This document shows positions 1 through 8,870 of a DNA stretch of 32,000 nt, piece after piece. Positions within the stretch are counted from its first letter, which is position 1; each line of letters begins with the position of its first letter. The stretch comes from Candidatus Saccharimonadota bacterium (GTDB lineage: Bacteria > Pseudomonadota > Alphaproteobacteria > CAJXXZ01 > 1604HC), in contig NZ_CP043314.1 in the NCBI RefSeq assembly GCF_008189525.1, forward strand, positions 330,001 through 362,000, read 5' to 3'. The position numbers and the translations under genes are program-made. The notes beneath the pieces are model-generated. The model made no database searches. It had not been told where the DNA came from and saw nothing but the letters and a program-made list of their open reading frames with translations.

Positions 1-48
1 GAAGAAGAACTTGTAATAGAAAGCACTGAAGATGAAAAAATAGATTTT

Positions 49-351
49 ATGACAGAAGCTTTATATAGCCATGCAGAAAATAAAAAATCGTTAAAAAAAC
101 AAAATATGATAAAGCTTATATCAAAGTGGTTAAAACACACAAATTTATATGACGAAGTAAATAAAATTAATATAAAAGGATCTCATGTAAGTTTTCACAT
201 AAACAATATGGCTGTTAGATTTGCATTACCTCATGGGTCTAGTAAAGATGGAGCAAGTAGGGGTGTAATGGGCAAAATTGCAAGACAAATAGCGAATATT
301 CAGATTAACAAAGTAAAAGATTCTGGAATTGCAGATATAAAAGTAAGATAA
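49..351 (+). CDS. Small HicA-like protein (YcfA/HicA mRNA-interferase-type fold). It may be 5'-truncated by the window edge.
   Basis: ORF of 100 aa. Residues ~19-83 read MIKLISKWLKH...NIKGSHVSFH...RFALPHGSSKDGASRGVMGKIARQIAN. By eye this matches the HicA pattern: N-terminal helix, KGSH-x-x-F, then P-H-x-x-K-D, then G-x-x-x-x-I-x-[KR]-Q. Frame 1 has no stop between nt 1 and 48 (EEELVIESTEDEKIDF), so the true start may lie upstream of the window. Confidence 0.4.
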   Translation: MTEALYSHAENKKSLKKQNMIKLISKWLKHTNLYDEVNKINIKGSHVSFHINNMAVRFALPHGSSKDGASRGVMGKIARQIANIQINKVKDSGIADIKVR

Positions 352-617
352 TTAAACTTACACACTAAAATAAAAACAGTAACATGACTTATTTGAATAT
401 GAGTATGATTTATTTAACATACTTTAAACACTGTCTTATTATTCCTATCACAACCCTAAAATTACAATAAACAAAACAAAGTGTAACTGTGCAAATCATG
501 CCAAATTTACTTTTAACCAGTCCATATATGCAAAAACCTGACTAATTAGCTAAATACAGCTTAATTAGCAAGCTTAACGATAGACATAAAAGATAATAAA
601 ATTTAATATAAATACAG

Positions 618-3170
618 ATGAATATAAAAGATCTTTCAGATACACCTAGTGAAGAACAAAAAATTTCAAAACCATTTAAGTTTTTTGAAAAAGAGCTACA
701 AGCTTCTTATTTAGATTACTCAATGAGTGTTATTATAAGCAGAGCTGTTCCAGATGCTTATGATGGATTAAAACCTGTACAAAGAAGAATTTTATACTCA
801 ATGATAGAAGAGAACTGTGTATACGAAAATCCACACAGAAAATCTGCCAGAATAGTTGGTGATGTTCTTGGTAAGTATCACCCTCATGGTGAAGCTGCTA
901 TATATGATGCTATGACTAGAATGGGGCAAAATTTCTCTATGTACGCTCCACTTATAGATGGACAAGGTAACTTTGGTTCTATAGATGGAGATAAGCCTGC
1001 TTCAATGCGTTATACAGAGGCTAGACTTTCTAAAGTTTCAAACTATCTTTTAGAGGATTACGAAAAAGACACAGTAGACATGTCTTTGAACTATGATGGA
1101 ACTCTAAAAATGCCCAACGTACTTCCTGCTCGTTTCCCAAACCTTTTGGTAAATGGTGCAAATGGAATTGCTGTAGGAATGGCTACATTTATACCTCCGC
1201 ATAACTTGTCAGAGGTTATTGATGCTACATGTGCTTTGATAGAAAACAGAGATTTAGATTCTCTATCTTTAATGGAATACTTGCCAGCTCCTGATTTCCC
1301 TTTAGGTGGAATAATCTTTAGAAGCAAAGGATTAAAAGATGTATATGAAAAAGGTAAAGGTAGCTTTGTAGTAAGAGGGTTAATAACACAAGAAAATGTA
1401 AATGGAAGAGATGCATTGGTTATAAAATCTATACCTTATCAAATAAATAAAGAAATATTGATGGATAAAATTTCTGAGCTAATGCAAACAGAAACACTGT
1501 CTAGCATCCATACATTTAGAGATGAATCAAACAGAGATGGAATGAGAGTTGTTTTAGAGCTTAAAAAAGATTCAAACTCTGACTTGGTAATGAACAGAGT
1601 ATACAAATTCACTCAAATGCAATCTTCTATGCATGTAAATATGCTTGCATTGAACAAAAACAGACCTCAAAGATTAGGACTTAAAGAAGTATTAGATATA
1701 TTCTTAAATTCCAGAGAAAAAGTACTTATAAGAAGAACAAATTTCTTCCTAAGAAACGCAAGATCTAAATCTCATATTTTGTGGGGACTGGCTTTAGCTC
1801 TCAGAAAGCTAGATGAAGTTATTGCATGCATTAAATCATCTTCTAACACATCTGAAGCGCAAGAGAAATTACAAAGCATAAAATGGAAGTGGAATGATAT
1901 AGAAATTTACTTAAAAATCTTAGGTGATACAAACGTATACGAAACTTATACATTCTCTGAAGAACAGGCAAAAGCAATTCTAAACTTGAAGCTGCAAAAA
2001 CTTACAGGACTTGAAAGAGATAAATTAGAAGAGCAAATAAAAATCTTAGGAGATAATATAAAGCAATATATAGAAATATTGAACAATTCTGAAAAAAGAT
2101 TTGAAATCATAAAAAATGAACTTATAGAGATAAAAGAAAAATTCGGAAATAAAAGAAGAAGCGCTATAGAAAGTTCATTAGGAGAAGATTCAGATGAAGA
2201 TTACATAGAATCTGAGGATATGGTAGTTAGTATAAGTAAAAAAGGATATGTAAAAAGAATCCCACTTTCTTCATACAGACTGCAAAAACGAGGAGGAAAA
2301 GGGAAGCAAGGAATGGATATTTCTGATCCAATAGAAAACATATTCACTGCAAATACTCACCAAGAAATAGTATTCTTCAGCAACACAGGATACGCTTATC
2401 CTATAAAAACATACAGACTTCCTTTGATATCTTCAGGACAAGGTAGAGGAAAATCAATTGTAAATATTTTCCCACTTTCTGAGAATGAAAAGATAACAGG
2501 ATCAGTGGTATTTCCTCTTACAAGAGAAGATAGCTTAAGATTAATGTTTATCACATCTAAAGGATATGTCAGAAAAAATAACCTTTCAGATTTCGAAAAA
2601 ATAAGATCAAACGGTAAAATTGCCATCAAGCTTGATGAAGGCGAAGATCTATTAAAAGTTTTGGTATGCCAAGACATAGATGATATATTATTAGTTTCTT
2701 CTTTAGGAAAAATTACTAGATTTTCTGTTTCTGATATAAGAGTATTCCAGAGCAGATCTTCCAGAGGTGTTAGAGGAATGAACCTAAGTGATACAGAAAA
2801 GAATAAAATAGTTTCTGCGGATCTAATTGGAGAATCAAAAGACAGCCTTATTTTAACAATAAGTGAAAAAGGATATGGAAAGAGAAGCTCGAAATCCAAT
2901 TACAAAATCTCTGGAAGAGGAGCAAAAGGAGTTTCTGCATTAAATGTCACAGAAAAAACTGGAAAAGTAGTTGGAGCTTATGAAGTCTCTGATGAAACTG
3001 AAATAATAATGATGACAAAGCAAGGGCAGGTCATTAGATTTAATGTTGAAAATATAAGAGTTTCTGGAAGGAAAACTCAGGGTGTGATTTTAACAAAGCT
3101 ACAAGAAAGTGATGCTATATCTGATGTAGTAGTTGTAAAAGATATAAAAGATGAAGAAATTTCTGAATAA
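618..3170 (+). CDS. gyrA: DNA gyrase subunit A
   Basis: 850 aa. It has the AVPDAYDGLKPVQRRILY motif, the QRDR HPHGEAAIYDAMTRM, and the catalytic Tyr in ASMRYTEARL (tat 1011-1013). The GyrA-box QKRGGKG (2283-2303) distinguishes GyrA from ParC. The C-terminal domain has repeated pinwheel blades (GRGKSIV, SRGVRGM, GRGAKGV, GRKTQGV). Confidence 0.96.
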   Translation: MNIKDLSDTPSEEQKISKPFKFFEKELQASYLDYSMSVIISRAVPDAYDGLKPVQRRILYSMIEENCVYENPHRKSARIVGDVLGKYHPHGEAAIYDAMTRMGQNFSMYAPLIDGQGNFGSIDGDKPASMRYTEARLSKVSNYLLEDYEKDTVDMSLNYDGTLKMPNVLPARFPNLLVNGANGIAVGMATFIPPHNLSEVIDATCALIENRDLDSLSLMEYLPAPDFPLGGIIFRSKGLKDVYEKGKGSFVVRGLITQENVNGRDALVIKSIPYQINKEILMDKISELMQTETLSSIHTFRDESNRDGMRVVLELKKDSNSDLVMNRVYKFTQMQSSMHVNMLALNKNRPQRLGLKEVLDIFLNSREKVLIRRTNFFLRNARSKSHILWGLALALRKLDEVIACIKSSSNTSEAQEKLQSIKWKWNDIEIYLKILGDTNVYETYTFSEEQAKAILNLKLQKLTGLERDKLEEQIKILGDNIKQYIEILNNSEKRFEIIKNELIEIKEKFGNKRRSAIESSLGEDSDEDYIESEDMVVSISKKGYVKRIPLSSYRLQKRGGKGKQGMDISDPIENIFTANTHQEIVFFSNTGYAYPIKTYRLPLISSGQGRGKSIVNIFPLSENEKITGSVVFPLTREDSLRLMFITSKGYVRKNNLSDFEKIRSNGKIAIKLDEGEDLLKVLVCQDIDDILLVSSLGKITRFSVSDIRVFQSRSSRGVRGMNLSDTEKNKIVSADLIGESKDSLILTISEKGYGKRSSKSNYKISGRGAKGVSALNVTEKTGKVVGAYEVSDETEIIMMTKQGQVIRFNVENIRVSGRKTQGVILTKLQESDAISDVVVVKDIKDEEISE

Positions 3171-3196
3171 GTATTTCTATATTTATAATAAAAATA

Positions 3197-3221
3197 GCTT
3201 TGAGCATAATGCTCATAAAGC
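3197..3221. terminator. Imperfect hairpin in the convergent gyrA/pseudouridine-synthase spacer (possible terminator)
   Basis: The sequence gctttgagcat-a-atgctca-ta-aagc has a perfect inner stem tgagcat/atgctca and an outer gctt/aagc closure. It sits 27 nt after the gyrA stop. No clear T-tract follows. Confidence 0.25.
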
Positions 3222-3359
3222 ACATTAACCTTAAATTTAATATTTAATACAGTTTTGTAAAAAAAATACATATCAAGCAAATGGATTTTTTGTTTTTTAA
3301 ACCTCAAAATAAAAATAGTTTTATAATTGAAATTTTTTATATTATGTTTTTTATACCTT

Positions 3360-3383
3360 GCATACAATCATGCATACAATCAT
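3360..3383. repeat. 12-bp perfect tandem duplication (gcatacaatcat x2)
   Basis: Read directly: gcatacaatcat at 3360-3371 and again at 3372-3383, in the spacer. Confidence 0.9.
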
Positions 3384-3498
3384 TTATATATTTGATTCAT
3401 TAAATAATTATCAAAGTAATAAATAACAATCTCACTGTACCTATAAAAAACTCTTAACAATTTCAAGAAAAATAGCATTTTAATAAAGCTATTAATTA

Positions 3499-4302
3499 TT
3501 AAATATCGCAGCTTGGTACTTTTTTTAAGAAAGAATCTTTACTAATCTTCTTTATTGAATTTCTTCCTAAATCAGCCAAACTAAACGGTCCGTAAGATAT
3601 TCTTTTAAGCATGAAAATAGTCATTCCATGTTTTTCACATAGTTTTCTTATTTCTCTGTTTTTACCTTCTGATAATTCTAAAGTTATTACATTTTCTTTT
3701 CTTATAAAGCAATTATTACTTTTATGCTCATTAACCGTATTGTTTTTATTAATATCTTTATCAACTCTACCTACTTTTTGCATAAAAATTTCGTTTTTAA
3801 GAAGCTTAATAGGCTTTAAATTCATAAAATCTACTATAGGATTCTTTATATCTTCTATAAAAGACTGCGGCACCTTGTTTACTCTTAACTCATATACTCT
3901 TTTATATAATTTAGAAAACTTATCAACTAGTGTGGAATTATTTGTTAAAAAGATTAAACCTTCTGACATATAATCCAATCTTCCTATAAAAGTTAGATAG
4001 GGTAAATTTTTTCTCTTAACATAGTCAAATATAGTTTTAAATTTATTTTGTCCATTATGACTACATATATACATAATCGGCTTATAAAGAATATAAAATT
4101 CAAACTCTGCTTTTTCTAAATGAACTCCATTTATTTTTATAGAATCATCTTCAGAAATTCTTATTGCACATGATTCTACTTTTGTATCATTTACAAAAAC
4201 CTTACCTTCATTAATTAACTTCTCAGCTTTTCTTCTACTGGTAAACCCTTTTAAAGATATTACATGTGCTATTTTTTTTAAATTAGAATTCACTTTACTC
4301 AA
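3499..4302 (-). CDS. S4-domain rRNA pseudouridine synthase (RsuA/RluB/RluF family)
   Basis: 267 aa. The N-terminal S4 RNA-binding domain reads SRRKAEKLINEGKVFVNDTKV. The catalytic-Asp motif is FIGRLDYMSEGLIFLTNN (canonical GRLD..T.GLLLLTND). The C-terminal motif EGKNREIRKLCEKHGMTIFMLKRISYGPFSL matches the canonical EGRNR.VRRM...G..V..L.R...G. A low-complexity insert (KDINKNNTVNEHKSNN) is present. Confidence 0.88.
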   Translation of the reverse strand: MSKVNSNLKKIAHVISLKGFTSRRKAEKLINEGKVFVNDTKVESCAIRISEDDSIKINGVHLEKAEFEFYILYKPIMYICSHNGQNKFKTIFDYVKRKNLPYLTFIGRLDYMSEGLIFLTNNSTLVDKFSKLYKRVYELRVNKVPQSFIEDIKNPIVDFMNLKPIKLLKNEIFMQKVGRVDKDINKNNTVNEHKSNNCFIRKENVITLELSEGKNREIRKLCEKHGMTIFMLKRISYGPFSLADLGRNSIKKISKDSFLKKVPSCDI

Positions 4303-4381
4303 ACTTAGTTCATTTTAATCTAAATCACAGAAATAGCCAGAAGCAATGGAAATATTATAAAGGACTAAGCAAAAAATGAAC

Positions 4382-4945
4382 TTAAGAAGTTCCTATACTT
4401 ATTCCAAGGTAACTGGAAATATTACTAAACATATTAAAAATATTAAGATCAGAAACCTCGGAAGTTTTGAATAACTGCTTACCATTCTTTATCATTATTA
4501 GGCTAGGGAAGGATTTTAATTTCAACAGATTAATCACACTACCATTTCTATCTATATAAAACTCAAGATCGCTTTTATTTCCTCTTTTTATTTTATTTAA
4601 TCCACTTATTATAGATTCTTCTTGTTCTTGTTTAATATTTCTACCATCTATAACTATAATTTGTTTGATATTATTTTTATCCATCAAATCATGTACATTA
4701 TTCATTTGAAATATCATAAGGTAATTTTCTCTAGAAATAGGTAAATTTTTAAAATCTATAGAAAGAAAAGCAATTATAGAAGGATCTTTCATTTTCCTAA
4801 TATCGATTACTTTTTTATTCTCTCCATAGACTTTCATTCCTCTTCTACAAATTTTGCAATCCTTAAACCAGAAAATATAAATAACTGGAATAAAAACAAG
4901 CAAAGCAATAAACGTTGTGTATTTTTTTAATATTTTCTTAAGCAT
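4382..4945 (-). CDS. Hypothetical N-terminally membrane-anchored protein with a juxtamembrane CxxC; weak thioredoxin-fold hints
   Basis: 187 aa. It has a basic N-terminus MLKKILKK followed by the TM helix TTFIALLVFIPVIYIFWF, then DCKIC (C30/C33, nt 4847-4858). The C-terminal SFPSLIMIKNGKQLF resembles the cis-Pro loop plus strand of TlpA/DsbE-type thioredoxin folds. I recognise no family-level match. Confidence 0.5.
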   Translation of the reverse strand: MLKKILKKYTTFIALLVFIPVIYIFWFKDCKICRRGMKVYGENKKVIDIRKMKDPSIIAFLSIDFKNLPISRENYLMIFQMNNVHDLMDKNNIKQIIVIDGRNIKQEQEESIISGLNKIKRGNKSDLEFYIDRNGSVINLLKLKSFPSLIMIKNGKQLFKTSEVSDLNIFNMFSNISSYLGISIGTS

Positions 4946-5300
4946 CCCTACATTGTAGTATAGTTTTTATTTTTTTTACATAAAATTCCTATTAAAAAAT
5001 CTTTAACAGTAAAAAAAGCTTGAGTAGAAAATATTTATAGTAAAATATAAAAGAGTATTAGGCACAAATACTACAAATAGTTTAATTAGTGTTAGTATTG
5101 TTTAAGATTTGAAATTTTAGATCGAGTTAATCTTGCTTTAGATTGAATTAGCCTCATTAAATAACATAAGAAACAATTCATAAATTACATAAAACAAAGC
5201 TATGAGCAAGATTATATAAAGTAAAATCACTTATAATACTTAATCATTCATATAAATTATACAAATAATTTAAATAACTAAGTAACGAGATTTTATTTAA

Positions 5301-5732
5301 TTATATTGGTAGATCTTCGAATTCATTTCCAGAAGATTCAAAGTCATTTCCACCTTCTGAAGTTCCTTCGTTTGCTTTTGATCCAAGTACAGAAATATCT
5401 GAAGGCTCTATGTTTATGGAGCTCATAGATTTGTTGTTCTCATCAGTCCATGTAGATTTCTTTAATTTACCTTTAATAAAAACCTTTGAACCTTTGTTGA
5501 TTTTTCTCTCTGAAAGCTCAACTAAGTAAGGATTGAAAGATATTATTTTAAACCAACTAGTTTTAGAATTTTTCTCACCAGTTTCTTTATTTGTCCAAAA
5601 TTCTTCTACAGCAATTGGAAATGTAACAAACTTACCTTTTCCGCTGTTCATTTGCTTTATTTCTGGATCACTGCCCACATTACCAGATACTATTACCATG
5701 TTTATAGAAAACGCCATGAGGGATTCTAGCAT
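5301..5732 (-). CDS. ssb: Single-stranded DNA-binding protein
   Basis: 143 aa. The OB-fold signature is NMVIVSGNVGSDPEIKQ...FPIAV...TSWFKIISFN...KGSKVFIKGKL. An acidic, Gly/Ser-rich tail ends in FEDLPI (canonical D-D-D-I-P-F-like tip). An alternative start is Met6 (nt 5717). Confidence 0.9.
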   Translation of the reverse strand: MLESLMAFSINMVIVSGNVGSDPEIKQMNSGKGKFVTFPIAVEEFWTNKETGEKNSKTSWFKIISFNPYLVELSERKINKGSKVFIKGKLKKSTWTDENNKSMSSINIEPSDISVLGSKANEGTSEGGNDFESSGNEFEDLPI

Positions 5733-5809
5733 AAAGCATATGTTAATAGAAAGATGTAATGTTTTCTCTATACTAAATAAATAAATATTAATTCAAAATA
5801 AACATAAAT

Positions 5810-7237
5810 TTAAATAAACATGATTTTGCTATAAGAAGATGAGTCACTAACCTGTAATTCATTTACGGACATACACAGTGCATCAAGCCTATCTGGAGAT
5901 TTCTTTGAAGGAAAATCAATCATTTGCTGTTCAAGTTTTTCAAATTTATTCACATGAATAACTTTGTTTTTTTGGTACAAACAAGAAATAGGGGCTGCTC
6001 TGTTTTTCTTACTTTGATAGCTCCTCTTAGAGAGAAAATCAACGTCTCGTAATTCACTTCTGATCAATTGCTCTATCATATCTCCACCTTGATTGTTTTC
6101 AGCTATGATTCTCACATTCCTACACTTTTCTTTGTATTTTTTATACAAATCTACACAAAGAGCAGGCCACTGATTAACTCCCCACTTTCCACTACAATCT
6201 TCTAAAATATAAATCTTACCATTATTAAGCTTCATTCCAACTATAATTCCAGTTTCATCACTATTATCTTTACTTGTTATAGCTGGATCAATTGAAATAA
6301 CTATTTTTTCTGACATTCTTATATCCAAGTTATCTAGACTTTCATAAACAAACATACTTTGATTCCAGAACTCAAACTCTTTAACTATTTCTCCATCTAA
6401 TTCTTGCAACCCAAAATTAGTACTAGAATACTGACCATAAACATTCTTCAAAAAAGTTTCTGAAAGGTTTTCTTTGTTTTCTAAAGTTTTACCTTTTGTA
6501 ACAAACACATTTTCTTGTTTCATTAATTTATCTAGCAAACTTAAATTACGAGGTGTAGTTGTAATTATTGTTTTAGGATTCCCTAATCTCATTGTCATCA
6601 TGAGCTGATCCCAAACCTGATCTACATTGCTAAACTTTGCTAATTCATCTACCCAGGCTAAATCAAATTGCGGTCCTCTTAAGCTTTCATAAGATTCTGA
6701 ACTATGTATTTCTGCAACAGCTCCATTTTTCCACTTTATAATATTTTTAGATTCTAAAAACTTAGGCTTATTTCCTTCAGGGTATATGTTTAGCAATCCA
6801 CTATTCCCATTTATCATTATTTTTTTAACTTCATCTATAGTTCTTCCTAACAAGCAAACTCTTTTGTAGCCTTGTTCTATCAATAACTTTATGGATTCAG
6901 CTCCAGTTCTTGTTTTTCCAAAACCTCTTCCAGCCATTATTAACCATGTATCCCAATTTGATTGTGGAATTCTCTGAGATTCCCTAGCCAAATTGTTCCA
7001 ATCGTACTGCTTTTTCTTTTTATGAGAAAAGGAAGTAAGCATATTTCTTAATTTGGATAATTTACTAGATAAGCGTCTTGGCATACATAATTTTCTTGAT
7101 ATGCTAGATAATTTCTCTGACATTGATAACTCTTCTGATACAGTTAAGTTGTTTTGTTTGTTTATTAGTTCTTGCTTTGATTCGTTTTTTGTTTCATTTA
7201 AAATTTTAGTTCTTTCATATTCTTCAGTTGTAATCAC
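5810..7237 (-). CDS. Phage/GTA-type terminase large subunit (Terminase_6 / COG5323-like), orphan copy
   Basis: 475 aa. WDTWLIMAGRGFGKTRTGAE is the Walker A and DLAWVDELAKF is the Walker B. The RNaseH-like nuclease motifs are VISIDPA...DETGIIVG, IIAENNQGGDMI, K..NRAAPISCLYQKNKVIHV, LEQQMIDF and SPDRLDALCMSV. All are intact. The first ~90 aa form a K/S-rich extension with several internal Mets, so the start is uncertain. Confidence 0.85.
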   Translation of the reverse strand: MITTEEYERTKILNETKNESKQELINKQNNLTVSEELSMSEKLSSISRKLCMPRRLSSKLSKLRNMLTSFSHKKKKQYDWNNLARESQRIPQSNWDTWLIMAGRGFGKTRTGAESIKLLIEQGYKRVCLLGRTIDEVKKIMINGNSGLLNIYPEGNKPKFLESKNIIKWKNGAVAEIHSSESYESLRGPQFDLAWVDELAKFSNVDQVWDQLMMTMRLGNPKTIITTTPRNLSLLDKLMKQENVFVTKGKTLENKENLSETFLKNVYGQYSSTNFGLQELDGEIVKEFEFWNQSMFVYESLDNLDIRMSEKIVISIDPAITSKDNSDETGIIVGMKLNNGKIYILEDCSGKWGVNQWPALCVDLYKKYKEKCRNVRIIAENNQGGDMIEQLIRSELRDVDFLSKRSYQSKKNRAAPISCLYQKNKVIHVNKFEKLEQQMIDFPSKKSPDRLDALCMSVNELQVSDSSSYSKIMFI

Positions 7238-7370
7238 ATATAATATGATACATTTTCATACAATTAATTTTCAATTTTGTTTCTTGTATTTAGGGAATAT
7301 TTTATTCAAAAACAATCCAATATTTGAATAGTATTATGGAATTTTCTCAACAATAAAGTAAAATAGTTTT

Positions 7371-8456
7371 GTGATAAAGAAATTAGAAATTATGTTTAGA
7401 AGGTTAGATTTAAGGACATTTTTCCCTTTTGTAATGTTTTTCCTAATAAGTACATTTTTCATGGCAGCTTACATACCATGGAACATATCAATATTCAGAC
7501 ATATAATCATATGGGTTGTAGGTTTTTTCTTAATAAATTTCATTACGAAAAAAGGGTATGATTCATATATAGAAATTTCTAGAATACTGTTTTTTATATC
7601 TGTTTTCTTAATTATATTTACTTTTTTCAAAGGAACAGTAACAAAGGGGTCAAAAAGATGGATAAGCATTGCTGGACTTTCTATACAACCGTCCGAGTTA
7701 TTAAAGAGCTCATGCATAGCGATATGTGCAAATTATATATATGAAAACAATTTAAAACATTTCTTTTTATCTTATTTTGTTTCTTTTATTTTATTAATAA
7801 CTCAACCTGATTTTGGATCAACATTACTTTTAGGATCTGTAATGATAATTCAGCTTTTATATTCTGACTTTAAAAAAGAAAAGCTATATCCACTGTTTTG
7901 GCTAGGATTAGTATTCTGTATTTTTGTAATAATATATTTCCCACATGTCAGAATTAGAATAAAAAACTTCTTCTTAGGAAATGAAAACATCCTAGAGGGT
8001 GGATACCAAGGATTTAGGTCTGTACAAGCAATAAAAAACGGTGGACTGCTAGGGTTAGGATTAGGAAAAGGCGTGTTTAAAAAATACATTCCAGATGCTT
8101 ATTCTGATTTTATATTTTCTGTTATAGCTGAAGAACTAGGTATGGTAGGGTGTTTCCTAATTTTGTACTGTTTTGGATATATAGTTTTATCAAATGTAAG
8201 AAAATCAAAAATACTAAAGCCATACCCAGAATATTATTTGATCTTAAGCTCTGTTTTTGTGATTTTTATACAAGCCTGGATAAATATGGCTTCTGCATTA
8301 TGGATAATACCTACAAAAGGAATAACATTACCTTTTATAAGTCATGGAGGAACATCATTGTTAATCTCATTTTGGACAATAATTCCTATTTTCATATCAA
8401 ACAAAAAATATAAGAAAGCTAAGTTATCTCAATGCTTTGGAATGGAATGCTCTTAA
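7371..8456 (+). CDS. ftsW: SEDS-family peptidoglycan glycosyltransferase, FtsW-type
   Basis: 361 aa, polytopic. Motifs: GSKRWISIAGLSIQPSELLK, QPDFGS, GYQGFRSVQAIKNGGLLGLGLGKG, PDAYSDFIFSVIAEELGMVG and IPTKGITLPFISHGGTSLL. The PTKG-TLP-IS form is FtsW-like rather than RodA-like. The GTG start at 7371 is uncertain, and an ATG at 7392 is the alternative. Confidence 0.85.
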   Translation: MIKKLEIMFRRLDLRTFFPFVMFFLISTFFMAAYIPWNISIFRHIIIWVVGFFLINFITKKGYDSYIEISRILFFISVFLIIFTFFKGTVTKGSKRWISIAGLSIQPSELLKSSCIAICANYIYENNLKHFFLSYFVSFILLITQPDFGSTLLLGSVMIIQLLYSDFKKEKLYPLFWLGLVFCIFVIIYFPHVRIRIKNFFLGNENILEGGYQGFRSVQAIKNGGLLGLGLGKGVFKKYIPDAYSDFIFSVIAEELGMVGCFLILYCFGYIVLSNVRKSKILKPYPEYYLILSSVFVIFIQAWINMASALWIIPTKGITLPFISHGGTSLLISFWTIIPIFISNKKYKKAKLSQCFGMECS

Positions 8457-8530
8457 ATTTAGCTATTTATATAATGAAAATATAAAGTATTTCTATATTT
8501 CACAAATTATTTTTGTAATATTACTGTCAT

Positions 8531-8568
8531 TTAAGTTCATATCTTCAATTTAAACTCATATCTTCAAA
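8531..8568. repeat. 19-bp imperfect tandem duplication (ttaagttcatatcttcaat / ttaaactcatatcttcaaa)
   Basis: The core tcatatcttcaa is identical at 8537-8548 and 8556-8567, with 19-bp periodicity. Confidence 0.85.
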
Positions 8569-8586
8569 AGAAGTAAAAGTAAATTT

Positions 8587-8610
8587 TAGTAATTTAGTAA
8601 TTTAGTAATT
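8587..8610. repeat. 8-bp perfect tandem repeat (tagtaatt x3)
   Basis: Read directly: tagtaatt at 8587, 8595 and 8603. Confidence 0.9.
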
Positions 8611-8823
8611 TTCAATTAAATAATAAATAATAATTGGTAAGAAGTTTGATTAGTACAATATTTAAATTAATACTAAGCCAATAAAAACTAATACAGTTAT
8701 GTAGTTAATAGCTGTTGGTTAAGTAAAATTAAATAGTAACAAAACTCTAAGATAACTTTAAAAGTTAATAATAGCTTTAAACTAAAAGCCTCTAATAAAC
8801 TGCTTAATGTAAGTTTAATCAGT

Positions 8824-8850
8824 AAATCACTCAGAGGCATTTAGTGATTT
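8824..8850. terminator. Hairpin just downstream of the 205-aa secreted-protein gene (possible terminator)
   Basis: aaatcact (8824-8831) and agtgattt (8843-8850) are perfect 8-bp inverted repeats around an 11-nt loop. The hairpin lies 21 nt past the minus-strand stop codon. The flanks are A/T-rich, but there is no clean U-tract on the minus-strand transcript. Confidence 0.35.
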
Positions 8851-8870
8851 TTAAAAATCAGATTCCGTGT

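Noticed and set aside
542-568. Imperfect inverted repeat ctaattagct-N6-agcttaattag upstream of gyrA as an operator
   Set aside because: It is AT-rich and imperfect (a one-base bulge), and such palindromes are frequent by chance at this composition. I have no independent evidence for a binding protein.
1091-2899. Minus-strand ORFs 1091-1327 and 2396-2899 inside gyrA
   Set aside because: They lie entirely within the well-supported gyrA frame. They show no conserved motifs and are typical antisense open frames.
3077-3367. Spacer-spanning ORFs from the track: 3077-3367 (-), 7053-7331 (+), 17826-18020 (-), 5533-5784 (+), 8150-8413 (+) and similar
   Set aside because: They overlap well-supported genes or AT-rich spacers. 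They have Phe/Ile/Lys/Tyr/Asn low-complexity composition typical of random AT-rich frames, and none shows a recognisable motif or a good SD.
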